Source: Candidatus Bathyarchaeota archaeon
Lineage (GTDB): Archaea > Thermoproteota > Bathyarchaeia > Bathyarchaeales > Bathycorpusculaceae
Reading direction: 5' to 3'
Length of the DNA stretch: 64,000 nt
NCBI GenBank assembly: GCA_963768425.1
Contig: CAVYHV010000015.1
Span: forward strand, 1-64,000
The notes below the pieces were generated by a model that worked only from the letters and a program-made list of their open reading frames with translations, ran no database searches and had not been told where the DNA came from. Positions 1-9,349 of this stretch are shown here, in pieces (the first letter of the stretch is position 1; the number at the start of each line of letters is the position of its first letter). A program made the translations under genes and the position numbers.

Positions 1-460
1 AAGGGCGCCGTCATGGGTGGTTCATAAAAAGATGCAGTAGCAAGCCTAACGCTTTTTCCATGAACTGCCTACCTGGAACGGTAAGGCTTGCTGCGAGTGA
101 ACCAAAATAGTTTTCTAGAAATATTTCTTCAAGCTTATCACTAATTCCAAGATGCGGTAAAAAGTTTTCTCGACGTCTTTTCGTCCAAACCAAAAGATAG
201 ACAAATCAGAACGCAGGGAAATAGTGCCAGTTTTTTGCCTTCTCCGTAATCCATTAGTCGGGCTCCGTCATCGTGTCACAATAATACTGCGCTTTCGCAA
301 TTGTACTACAACTATTTTATTGAATGAATCATGGAAAAGTGCACAAGTGGATTAAATTTTAATCCCACACACACACCGACCTACGGAACTACCGTATTGT
401 TAGGGTGCTTAGTAGTGGGTATGGGTGGGTAAGTGTGGAATAATAATAGTCAGGTATTGG

Positions 461-553
461 TATGAGGAGTAAAAAACATAGTAAAACTTACCCCCTGCAA
501 ACTAACAAATACTATGAGGGGTAAAAAATAACATAAGAAAAGTTACCCCTTGC
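461..553. repeat. Two imperfect ~40-bp direct repeats, each internally palindromic (GAGG(A/G)GTAA...TTACCCC)
   Basis: 461-498 TATGAGGAGTAAAAAACATAGTAAAACTTACCCCCTGC vs 513-553 TATGAGGGGTAAAAAATAACATAAGAAAAGTTACCCCTTGC; perfect palindrome GGATTAAA-T-TTTAATCC at 349-365 nearby. Confidence 0.7.
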
Positions 554-579
554 CATAAGGAGTGAATATGGAAAAAAGA

Positions 580-777
580 CTATATTCTTGTGTTCTCTTG
601 AAGCTTCTTTTGCTTTAGCTCCCTTCTTTGGACTATGGCTTCATATCTTTTCCTAACATAAGTTGTCCTACACTTGCTTGAATGGTACACTTTTCTTGGG
701 TCATACGTTTTGAATACGATGCCACAGGGACAGGTTCTAATGAGAACTACATTACTTAATCTCTCAAAGTTTTCCAT
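580..777 (-). CDS. Small Zn-finger protein, mobile-element type
   Basis: CPCG...YHSSKCR motif, basic C-terminus. Confidence 0.65.
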   Translation of the reverse strand: MENFERLSNVVLIRTCPCGIVFKTYDPRKVYHSSKCRTTYVRKRYEAIVQRRELKQKKLQENTRI

Positions 778-822
778 ATCACTCTACCCAACAAACTCTA
801 AGACAATGCCATTTTCCTGTAA

Positions 823-975
823 TTATCGGGAACCTGACTTATGCTTACCTGCCTTATACGTCCCCACGCCACAATCAAGACACTTAACGATATCTTCATC
901 TTCTTCAAGACGAGTGCTACCACAAGAAGGACACTTTGGACATGAAACGTTATTCAGTTTTTTCTCTGTTGCTAT
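823..975 (-). CDS. Small Zn-ribbon protein (50 aa, possible ATA start; not in ORF track)
   Basis: Manual translation IATEKKLNNVSCPKCPSCGSTRLEEDEDIVKCLDCGVGTYKAGKHKSGSR*, two CxxC; GAGTGA upstream. Confidence 0.55.
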   Translation of the reverse strand: MATEKKLNNVSCPKCPSCGSTRLEEDEDIVKCLDCGVGTYKAGKHKSGSR

Positions 976-997
976 TTGGCTTCACTCTTCTTAGCTG

Positions 998-1138
998 TTA
1001 TTTATTTTCGCCCTTCTTCATGGTGTCTATGTAGGTCTTCTTTTTCACTTTCTTTCTAATCGGGCAATTAAGTCGAATACTCGATTTGCACCTGCGGCAG
1101 TTTTTAACTAAACCTGCCCTTAATTGGCACATTTTCAT
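998..1138 (-). CDS. Small basic Cys-rich protein (46 aa; not in ORF track)
   Basis: MKMCQLRAGLVKNCRRCKSSIRLNCPIRKKVKKKTYIDTMKKGENK*, GAGGT immediately upstream. Confidence 0.45.
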   Translation of the reverse strand: MKMCQLRAGLVKNCRRCKSSIRLNCPIRKKVKKKTYIDTMKKGENK

Positions 1139-1822
1139 TTACCTCGTTTCCCATGTTTACACTCACTGCTCTTATGCTTATACCATTGCTTTTTTTAGCT
1201 ATGAAGCACTCATATTCTGGATAGTTACCGTTCTGCGTCTTCGGGTTAACTGCGCACGCTTAGTAATGGAAAAACAAGCCAATAATAGGGTTGGGTATAG
1301 TCGGAATCGAGTATATGTAAACATAACAAAAATAATTTTCATTTTTATTTAAATTCCAGTTTGCTTTGCTATCGTCAATTACATGACAACGTTATATTTC
1401 AAAAAGAAAAGAAATTAAGGTTTCTTTAGCGGTTTCGGAACCATAAAAACAGGGTTATCAACATTTTTTACATGTTCTTTTCCAGATATTACTTCTTTGA
1501 CTAAGTGGTGTTTCTCACATTTCCAGAACTCGCTCGTTTCATTTTCGTGAACTTTCTTGGTTTGTCCACCGCATAATTCACATTTAAAACCCATGTTCTA
1601 AGCCACTGTATGAATATGTTACGACGCTTAAGAAGTAGCGCACAATCCATATCACATAAGGTTAAGGTATAGTACATGAAGTGTCTGAATCGAGTAAACA
1701 CATCAAAACAACGGAAAAATACGGAAAAATAACGCAAAGGGCAAAAATCTTAAAACTGCATAGTGTAGAAATACTCAAGTGGTTACCTTCTTATTCAGAA
1801 TTTAAGTAGTTGGCTATTCAAA

Positions 1823-2902
1823 ATGAGCCTCGTTCTTCAAGAAGAAATTGATAACGTGAGAAATTGTCTACAAGCTATGCCATTGACCTCAGATGCACTG
1901 GGTGTAGAATGGATAACTGCGAACATCCTAAACGTTGAAGAGAGAACTAAAAAGCATTCTCTTTTTTGGCTTCTTTGGTACGCAGATAGAAGTAGCAAAC
2001 TTGAATCGTGGTTGGCAGTCTTAAAAACTTCATTGCCAGATACGAAATTTAGAAAAATAATAACTTCGCTGAAAGAAAAGAGCGGGGAAAACGAATTTGG
2101 GAGCTTCATTCCCGAAATTGAAGTTTTAGCGTACTATGCAAGCAAGAAAGATAATGGGGTAAGTGTGGAGTATGAACCGAATATTCCTAATAAAAACAAT
2201 GTAGGGGATATCAAGCTTTCATTTGGCGGTAAAGAAGTATATTTGGAAGTCACCAAATTATTTAGTTCAGAGAAAGAAAGAAAAATTGACGACCTTTTGC
2301 GTCTACTTGGTTCCAAAATTGATGAGATAGTCGATAATCCTTTCTATATATCGATTGGAATTGAAGAGAGTTTTACAGAAAACGATGTTATGCCATTTGT
2401 TGAATCGGTTCAGAGTCAAGTAGACAAGTATAAACACATACAAGAAATTCCTGCGGAGAGAATCCCTAAATTTGATTATAACTCAAAAGGGTTTTTCATG
2501 ATACTTATGAGAGCACCAACTGGTAAAAAAGGGCACGCTGGTGGTTTCTTTACCCCAGCAATGGAACTGACAACAGCAGGAAGATTGAAAGGAAAAATAA
2601 AAGATAAGGTCAAGCAATTGCCTGACAACCAACTCAATGTAGTCGCTCTTGACATTTCTCATCATTTCGCTCATTTCGATGATATTGAGGACGCTTTTGC
2701 TGGTCAAGAAGGAGTAAGAATTAATGTTGGAACAGGAGAAGTCACCCCTTACAGAAATGCTAATGGAATTATACACATAGACGAAGGAAAACAAATAGGG
2801 CTGATAATCGGTTTCAAAGGATTTGATTACGAAAACAGAAGAAAATATGTCAATTTGTCAGCAACCGTTCCATTTAGTGACGAAATGGTCTCAATATTAT
2901 GA
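1823..2902 (+). CDS. Hypothetical protein with a PD-(D/E)XK nuclease-like motif
   Basis: 359 aa; E...YEPNIP...GDIKL...YLEVTK pattern. Confidence 0.6.
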   Translation: MSLVLQEEIDNVRNCLQAMPLTSDALGVEWITANILNVEERTKKHSLFWLLWYADRSSKLESWLAVLKTSLPDTKFRKIITSLKEKSGENEFGSFIPEIEVLAYYASKKDNGVSVEYEPNIPNKNNVGDIKLSFGGKEVYLEVTKLFSSEKERKIDDLLRLLGSKIDEIVDNPFYISIGIEESFTENDVMPFVESVQSQVDKYKHIQEIPAERIPKFDYNSKGFFMILMRAPTGKKGHAGGFFTPAMELTTAGRLKGKIKDKVKQLPDNQLNVVALDISHHFAHFDDIEDAFAGQEGVRINVGTGEVTPYRNANGIIHIDEGKQIGLIIGFKGFDYENRRKYVNLSATVPFSDEMVSIL

Positions 2903-2997
2903 ATAGGCATAAGAACTCTACCGAAAATAAGCAAAAAGTCTGGAAAAATTATCGGCGACCATCACGCATGGTTTCAGGAATCGAGTTACGATTGCTG

Positions 2998-3435
2998 TTA
3001 TTTTTTGTCCGATTCTAATTGACGATTTATTTCTTCAAAATCATTTCGGTAAATGTGTTCTAACTCATGCTCCACATCGTCAGCAACACTAAACGTCGAA
3101 GTTGTTCTTCTAAATGTAAGGTATTCTCCATTGCGTTTATCTATGGTAAAGGCGCAGCAGGTTTGAACTGGTATCACTTCGCCGTATTCGATTCTTTCTC
3201 CTGCCTTGTAATGCTTCTCCCTTTCTAAATCTTCTCTGTAAGCTGCCATGATTTCAGTTAAAACTCTGAAAGTGACGTTGTATGCTCTCACTTTTGGAAA
3301 CGGCTTTTCACCGTAAGCCACCTTCCAAGAGTCCTGAACTTTTTCCCAAATCTCGCGTAATTTCGTTTGAGAAATCTCTTTCGCATAGAATTTTAGTATG
3401 TGTTTCTTGTCGAGTTCTAAAGTGAACTCTACCAT
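2998..3435 (-). CDS. Hypothetical protein with HExxH zincin-like motif
   Basis: VEHELEHIY; likely start MVEF at 3435 after GGAGAGG. Confidence 0.6.
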   Translation of the reverse strand: MVEFTLELDKKHILKFYAKEISQTKLREIWEKVQDSWKVAYGEKPFPKVRAYNVTFRVLTEIMAAYREDLEREKHYKAGERIEYGEVIPVQTCCAFTIDKRNGEYLTFRRTTSTFSVADDVEHELEHIYRNDFEEINRQLESDKK

Positions 3436-3614
3436 GTGCCATCCGCCCTCTCCTATCCCTATGTACCAACAGTTTCGAGTCGGTTTAAAGCAGATTTCGC
3501 GTACACTAATATGCAAAAAATTGAAACATTATGGCGAGCGCCGCTACATCTACTTTTGCTTCACATCCATGGTTGAACAAATTTATCTGCAAAAGAAACT
3601 ATCGGTAGAATGCC

Positions 3615-4250
3615 CTAATTGCGCTGAAAAACTTGTCTGAGGGCAGAAATGAAAGAACAACCATTAATTTCCGAGATTATTCTGTCTAATGATATTGGTT
3701 TATAATTGATGACTTCTGCTGATACGTTAATTGTTTTTTCTTCCTTGTTGATAAAAGGGTACTTTTCAAGGTTGTTGTTGTGCTTTTCGCCATGAATGAT
3801 CCAATCATTCCAATATTGAGGTCTGATGGGGTTGTGAGTTAGCATAAATGACTGTTCTTTGTAGCGTATGAAGTAGTGATTTGGTGCTTCAAGGGCTTTG
3901 GTAAAGGGTTGAGTATCATGGTTTCCACGTATGAAGACTTTTTTCCCATTTAGCTTATCAAGCCAATAATCGATTGACCTGACGTTTGTTCCGAATGCCA
4001 AGTCACCTAAGAAAAATATAAGGTCAGAAGCTCTTACAGTGTTATTCCAATTATTCACTAATGCTTCATTCATCTCTCTTTTTGTGCGGAAAGGTCTCTT
4101 GCAATAACGGATTATGTTTTCATGGTTAAGGTGTAAATCACTGATTAGAAAGATTCGAGTTGAGGGAGACAAAATCAAGGGTTTGTCAGGAGAGAAACCA
4201 TTCTCGTGGTTAAGTCTCTGTCGGAGAAACTGTAGGGTTGTTTTTCTCAT
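3615..4250 (-). CDS. Calcineurin-like metallophosphoesterase, probably the C-terminal domain of a 2H-phosphoesterase fusion
   Basis: SDLH, GDLAF, RGNHD, THNP, HGEKH motifs. Confidence 0.85.
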   Translation of the reverse strand: MRKTTLQFLRQRLNHENGFSPDKPLILSPSTRIFLISDLHLNHENIIRYCKRPFRTKREMNEALVNNWNNTVRASDLIFFLGDLAFGTNVRSIDYWLDKLNGKKVFIRGNHDTQPFTKALEAPNHYFIRYKEQSFMLTHNPIRPQYWNDWIIHGEKHNNNLEKYPFINKEEKTINVSAEVINYKPISLDRIISEINGCSFISALRQVFQRN

Positions 4251-4266
4251 GTTTCTATCTAAAGCT

Positions 4267-4827
4267 TCATTGCCGAGTAAGTAGCCTGTGCTGAAGCAAA
4301 TCGTATTCGCGAAGTATCTTGGCGTTCTTGAGAAGAGTCAGTCTTAAAACAAAATGCTGTATTTTTGGGACATCTACAGTTTCAAGGAACTTCTTTATTA
4401 CTCTAAATTTATCATCAATGTCTTTGAAAGCAATCGTGGCATGAGGCTTGTAGCTTTTCCTTGTCATGTTCATTTAATACGCAATATTCTGCGAATTTTT
4501 GGATTAAATTTGACCTTAGTTCTTTCAGCTCCGTTGATGGTTCAATGTTAACAGCCAAAACTTGCTTATCACTAAGCAAATTGCCAAAACTTCTAAATCC
4601 ATTAAAGCTGAAGGCAACAAGGTCAAAGTTATTGCCACATTGCTCTATTGCGTTAATTACCTTTCTTTCATCAGTTGTCTGAAATGAACCAACTATGGAA
4701 ACATGTGGAACTACTCTGTTTCTTGTTACTCCTTGAACACCGAACTTGTTCGACACGTCATAAATCAAGTCTTGACAAACTTTCTTGCTGACCCATGAAG
4801 CCTGAACTCAACAAGATAGTTGTCCAA
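4267..4827 (-). CDS. 2H phosphoesterase (2'-5' RNA ligase family), frameshifted
   Basis: Two HxS/T motifs, PHVSI and PHATI, in consecutive frames; TTG start MDNYLVEFRLHG at 4827. Confidence 0.8.
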
Positions 4828-4831
4828 AGGG

Positions 4832-5369
4832 TTATTCACTCAGGGCATACTTACTTCTAACGTTAATACTTGAGGTATAGATTGTTCCGCAATATGTGCA
4901 CTTTATTGGTTCAGCAGGGTCAAGAATCGTAAGGTTTGCACCGCAATGTGAACATTTCAAGGGCATAATCTCTGCATTTCTCAAAGCCAAGAACTTTTCA
5001 ATGATTTCTTTTGTAGAATAGGTTAATTTTAGACCTGAGCCTTCTTTGAAAAATGCTATGCGCTTGACTTCTTTTTGAGGAGTGGGAGTACCCTGAGCCT
5101 TGACTAAAAAGACCTTGTGGTAATCACGAAAAGCCCTCTGCCTTTAGAAGTTTCTGTGGAGTCTGCCTTTGTAGGAAAATAAATATTTGGAGTCTAAAGG
5201 CTTTAATCCTGTTTCTTCTTGAAGCTCTCGCATTGCAGCTTTTCTTCGACTTTCACCTTTGTTTGCTCCACCACCCGCAAGCATAGAAAGATTCACTGCC
5301 TTGGCTAACAACTAAAATGCCTTCAGGAAACTCAACAATAGCAGTCCCTCTCCTTCGATTGTAAACCAT
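4832..5369 (-). CDS. NUDIX hydrolase with C-terminal Zn ribbon, frameshifted (not in ORF track)
   Basis: Manual translation: Nudix box GGGANKGESRRKAAMRELQEETGL; C-terminal KCSHCGA...KCTYCGT. Confidence 0.85.
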
Positions 5370-5421
5370 TAAGGTTTTCCTCTTTTGATTCTTTTCTATT
5401 TTATGCTTTCAGATTTAAGAC

Positions 5422-6072
5422 TTATCTTTGTGAAGACTCTCTGCCATGCAGTTTTGACTTTGAACATTCATTACAATAAAACTCCTCTTTTCCCTCTTTT
5501 GTGATTAACAGTCCCTTTCCTTTGTTGATTTCCTTCAAAGTCCATTTAGAGGGCATGGTGTTGACTGTCGTAGTTTGAGAGTGCTGGATTTTCTTACATG
5601 ATTTGCAAGTAAAAAACTTCTTGCTTCTAAGAGTGTAATCATAGTATTTTTTCATGCTTTCACATTTAGGTGCATCCAATACTTCTTTGCACGTGTATCC
5701 AACTCCATTCCGTTGTATTTGGATAAGCCCAATGCCCAAGTGCCTCGCTATCTCGATGTCATCATCACTGAATTTTCTATCTTTTCCATCAACTTTGTCA
5801 AGTGAAGCAAAAAACATCTTGTCACAAAAAAGCGTGTAGCCTTTAGCTTGACCGAAATTAGCAGATATAGGAATCTTGTCTATTTTGACCTCAACTCCGA
5901 TAGTTTCAATTTCCGTTTTTTCATCGTTGATATAATAGACTCCGAAAACATCTACAGAACCTATCCCTTGCTTTCCAGCTTCCACAAAAACCTCAATATA
6001 ATTAGGTTTTTTCTTCATAAACTGCTTTACTGATGAATACAGGTCAGCTTCTCTCAACAACATAATTTGCAA
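5422..6072 (-). CDS. PD-(D/E)XK restriction-endonuclease-like protein with C-terminal Zn finger
   Basis: EADLY...VDVFG...GVEVK...GQAKGY; CKSC/CNEC. Confidence 0.7.
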   Translation of the reverse strand: MQIMLLREADLYSSVKQFMKKKPNYIEVFVEAGKQGIGSVDVFGVYYINDEKTEIETIGVEVKIDKIPISANFGQAKGYTLFCDKMFFASLDKVDGKDRKFSDDDIEIARHLGIGLIQIQRNGVGYTCKEVLDAPKCESMKKYYDYTLRSKKFFTCKSCKKIQHSQTTTVNTMPSKWTLKEINKGKGLLITKEGKEEFYCNECSKSKLHGRESSQR

Positions 6073-6159
6073 ATGATTTAGGTACTATTAGAATTTTTAT
6101 AATATGGAGTTATATAGAAAAATCTTCAAGGAGCACATCCATTAGAAAATATTCTTCTC

Positions 6160-6555
6160 CTATGGAACTAAGACTGTTTGCTTGATTGATGCATCGGTTT
6201 TATCCATAATATCAACCGCAACTATACCTAAATCCATAATTTCATCTTTCTGTTCTTCAGTTAAGCCACGAATGAATAAGCCGCCATGATGGAACAAATC
6301 ATTACGTTTCTTCTTAAATTCAAGGACCTTACCATAATCATCATGTGATAAATAGCCGATATCTTTTAGAATCGCAAGTTTTTTTCCAATGCTTAATTCC
6401 ATTAATGGGTCGGCTTTAGGATTCTGACTTGATAGACAGTAGGCTTTTAGAATACTTTCATCTGCTCTGAGTTCGATTATCCCCCATGAAATAAGCAAGA
6501 ACTCAGAAAATTTTCCCTCTCGCTTGAGTTCTTCCAACATGCCTGGTTTCGCCAA
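6160..6555 (-). CDS. Putative HEPN-fold protein
   Basis: Helical 131 aa protein with Rx4H motif RNDLFH and upstream E. Confidence 0.55.
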   Translation of the reverse strand: MAKPGMLEELKREGKFSEFLLISWGIIELRADESILKAYCLSSQNPKADPLMELSIGKKLAILKDIGYLSHDDYGKVLEFKKKRNDLFHHGGLFIRGLTEEQKDEIMDLGIVAVDIMDKTDASIKQTVLVP

Positions 6556-6560
6556 TTCAT

Positions 6561-7082
6561 TTACCCCCTTTCTTCTAAGACTATTTTTCCATCATTCAAG
6601 CAGGAGTGTGTCAAAATGAACTTTTTTTGAGTTTTAATAACATTAAACACGTGTATTCTATCATTTGGCGAGTATTCAATGAAAGACTTCGTACTGCCTA
6701 TGTTGACAAAGATTCCTAAAGGATATTTTAGAACATTGATGTAATCATTCAATTTTAAAAAGTCTTCCAACGCCTTTCTTTTGTTTGCTTTGAGTTTAAA
6801 TTCTATTGCCACAAAATTGCTTTCTTCTCGGGTTCGTGCTTTTCCCTTTTCAAAAGGGATGTGAACTATTACATCAGGTCTGTGAGAAATACCATGATTG
6901 GGAATAGTTTTTTGATATTCTTGCTCGACGATTGCCTCATCTGATATTATGTTGTTTTTGCAGAGCAAGGTCTTCAGGTTGCTTGAAAATTCTCCTTGAT
7001 ATCCTCGCTCTGAAGAATAAAATCGTGGATTTTGAACTTGTTTTAATGCTTCAATAATGACCTCAAGAAGGTTTTCAACCAT
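6561..7082 (-). CDS. PD-(D/E)XK nuclease-family protein
   Basis: SERGYQ...QEY...RPDVIVH...AIEFK. Confidence 0.7.
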   Translation of the reverse strand: MVENLLEVIIEALKQVQNPRFYSSERGYQGEFSSNLKTLLCKNNIISDEAIVEQEYQKTIPNHGISHRPDVIVHIPFEKGKARTREESNFVAIEFKLKANKRKALEDFLKLNDYINVLKYPLGIFVNIGSTKSFIEYSPNDRIHVFNVIKTQKKFILTHSCLNDGKIVLEERG

Positions 7083-7287
7083 GGAAAGTAATATTGTATG
7101 TTTTCTTTATTTGCCTTGTGCGTGCGAAAAAAATAAGAATAATAAAGCAAAAGAAGACAAGAAAAATTACCAATCGTAGATTGAGAAATAATCAGGGATA
7201 TGCTAAAGGGTAAAAGTGTATGCTCGTAATTAAGGGAGAACTGAAAGAGAAAGTGTTAAAACTCCACCGTTCTTATGAAGTGTAAGC

Positions 7288-7425
7288 ATGCATAAAATAC
7301 GAGCAATCCTGTTTGACCTTGATAATACTTTAGTTGACTTCATTCGCATGAAAGAAGAATCATGTAGAGAAGCAGCTAAAGCGATGATAGCATCAGCAGC
7401 TTTTAGATTTCAAAGAAATCATTGA
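7288..7425 (+). pseudogene. Truncated HAD-superfamily hydrolase (N-terminus only)
   Basis: MHKIRAILFDLDNTLVDFIRMKEESCREAAKAM (DxDxT motif I), then stops. Confidence 0.65.
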
Positions 7426-7530
7426 TATTGTTGAATCAATCCAGTTGAAGGCTGAGTGAGCCAAAAATGTTGGAGAATAATCCAAAAACAAATCAGCTGA
7501 TTATTCCTAAAATATGCAGTGCGTCCTAAT

Positions 7531-8979
7531 CTACAGCGTGTAACTTTCCCCAACTTTTCCCAACAACGTTACATTTTTTGACCAGTTCTCGAAAGCCTTC
7601 GCATTTTCAGTATGAAGTGGAATTACGTTTTTCGCGTTAACTTGCTCTACGAACTCTTTAAGTTGAGGACCTGAAGCATGACCAGAAACGTGCGTGGACT
7701 CAACGTTCATGCCAAAATGGTTTATCCAGTTCATTACTCTCTCCCAATCCATCTCCATTTCAGCATCAAAAGGCTCACAAACAGACTTTATGTAAACTGA
7801 ACCTTCAACAGGCTTTATGTCAATGAGTTCTTTAGGTCAAAGTTACTGCAAAACATCAAATAATCCTCTTGATTAGCACCTACATCTTTGTAGCAAACAG
7901 CCCTGTCAAGATAAGGACGTTCCCAAGAATCATAATCTTCGTCGCGAATCTTATCGCACCATTTTGAGTCGCCTATGACGCCCCAGCTTTTTCTGTTAGC
8001 GTAAAGCTGCAAGTTTTCATCGTCAGTTTTTGGAGCAATGGAGTCGCCACATTTAGCCAGTTCATCCAGCAAGTACGCTTGTTTGAGGGAAATAGCAAGT
8101 TTCTTGTCAAGCTTCTTGGCTACGTTTAGAAAAGAGAGCATTCTATCCGTGTCTCTTATGGACCAGTTGCAGATTGAAAGTCCTTTGGCTTTTGATGATA
8201 TGTCGCCAATTTCGTCTTCAACTTCAGCTTCTTTTTTGGAACTGTTAGAGTCTACTCTTGTGCCTTCAATTATCAGCACATCTGGTTTTGCTTCTTTGCA
8301 AGCTTCCATGAATGCAGCGGTTTCTTTTTCTCTGCGTCCATGAAAACGGAAATCTCCCGTGTAAACAATCGTTCCTGAAGAAGTGTGTATTATGTATCCT
8401 GTTGCTCCAGAAAGAGAATGGTCAACCCTGTAAGGCTCAACCTCAATGTCGTCTATGTGAAACTTCTCGTTAAACTTGAAGGGTTTGTACTTGCGATCTA
8501 TCTTGATGTCTCTTTGAACGGATTACTTTTCCATCTTTAATGTGAGTTTCAAAACAAACTGACAAATCCGTTATGTCGTTAAAGCCGCTGCTTGAAGTAT
8601 CATTCAAAGCTTTAAGAATACAATAAGATTCATCTGAACAGTAGATGGGTAGGTCTTCGTGAAGATGATTAATGTACGATGCATGGTCAGCGTGAGCATG
8701 AGAAACGAGCAAACCCTGAACGTTCAGGTCTTCTTTTGGTCGTCCCATATGCTTTATGAAGTCAGACCTGTAAACACCTTTCAAGTCAGGAATAAGCCCG
8801 AACTCAATGAAATCGCCTAATCCACTGCATTTTCTTGGTTGCAAAAACTCTGAAAAATACTTGTTTGCTGTGCCAAAGCTCATCCCAAAATCCAAGAACA
8901 ATTTTGTGTCATTGTCTTCGAGAAGAATTTTGTTTCCGCCTATCTCGTTTACAGCACCATAGAAAGTAAGTTTAGTCAA
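7531..8979 (-). CDS. MBL-fold beta-CASP hydrolase (RNase J-like), frameshifted
   Basis: GAVNEIGGN, LDFG, HAHADH, DHSLSG, YTGDFRFHG, EGT, HVSGHA, LHTE across frames. Confidence 0.85.
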
Positions 8980-9349
8980 TTCAAAGCCTCTTAGAGAGAT
9001 ATGCAGTTGTTAGCTTTTTTGCTTTTCGCGAGCGTTCTCAGAGCAGGATTACTTTGAGGAAGCTTGAAGACATGAAGTGCTCAATATAGCGCTAACAACT
9101 TCTAGGTTGCTCTCAACCATTCTTTAAGCGCGGCAGCTTCTGGTATCGTCCTCACTAGTTGGAAATATTATCTTGATTCTGTAATTTGCAAAATCTGGTA
9201 ATGCAGTTGCATATTCTTTAGCCATCGCTATGAACACTTGAGAATACTTTTTACAGTTTAGTTTGTTCTCAGGTGTCAGTATAGGTTTTTCTTAAGGCTA
9301 TGAATATTTTAAATACTATTAGAAATCTAAGTACTTCAGAGTGACTGAA

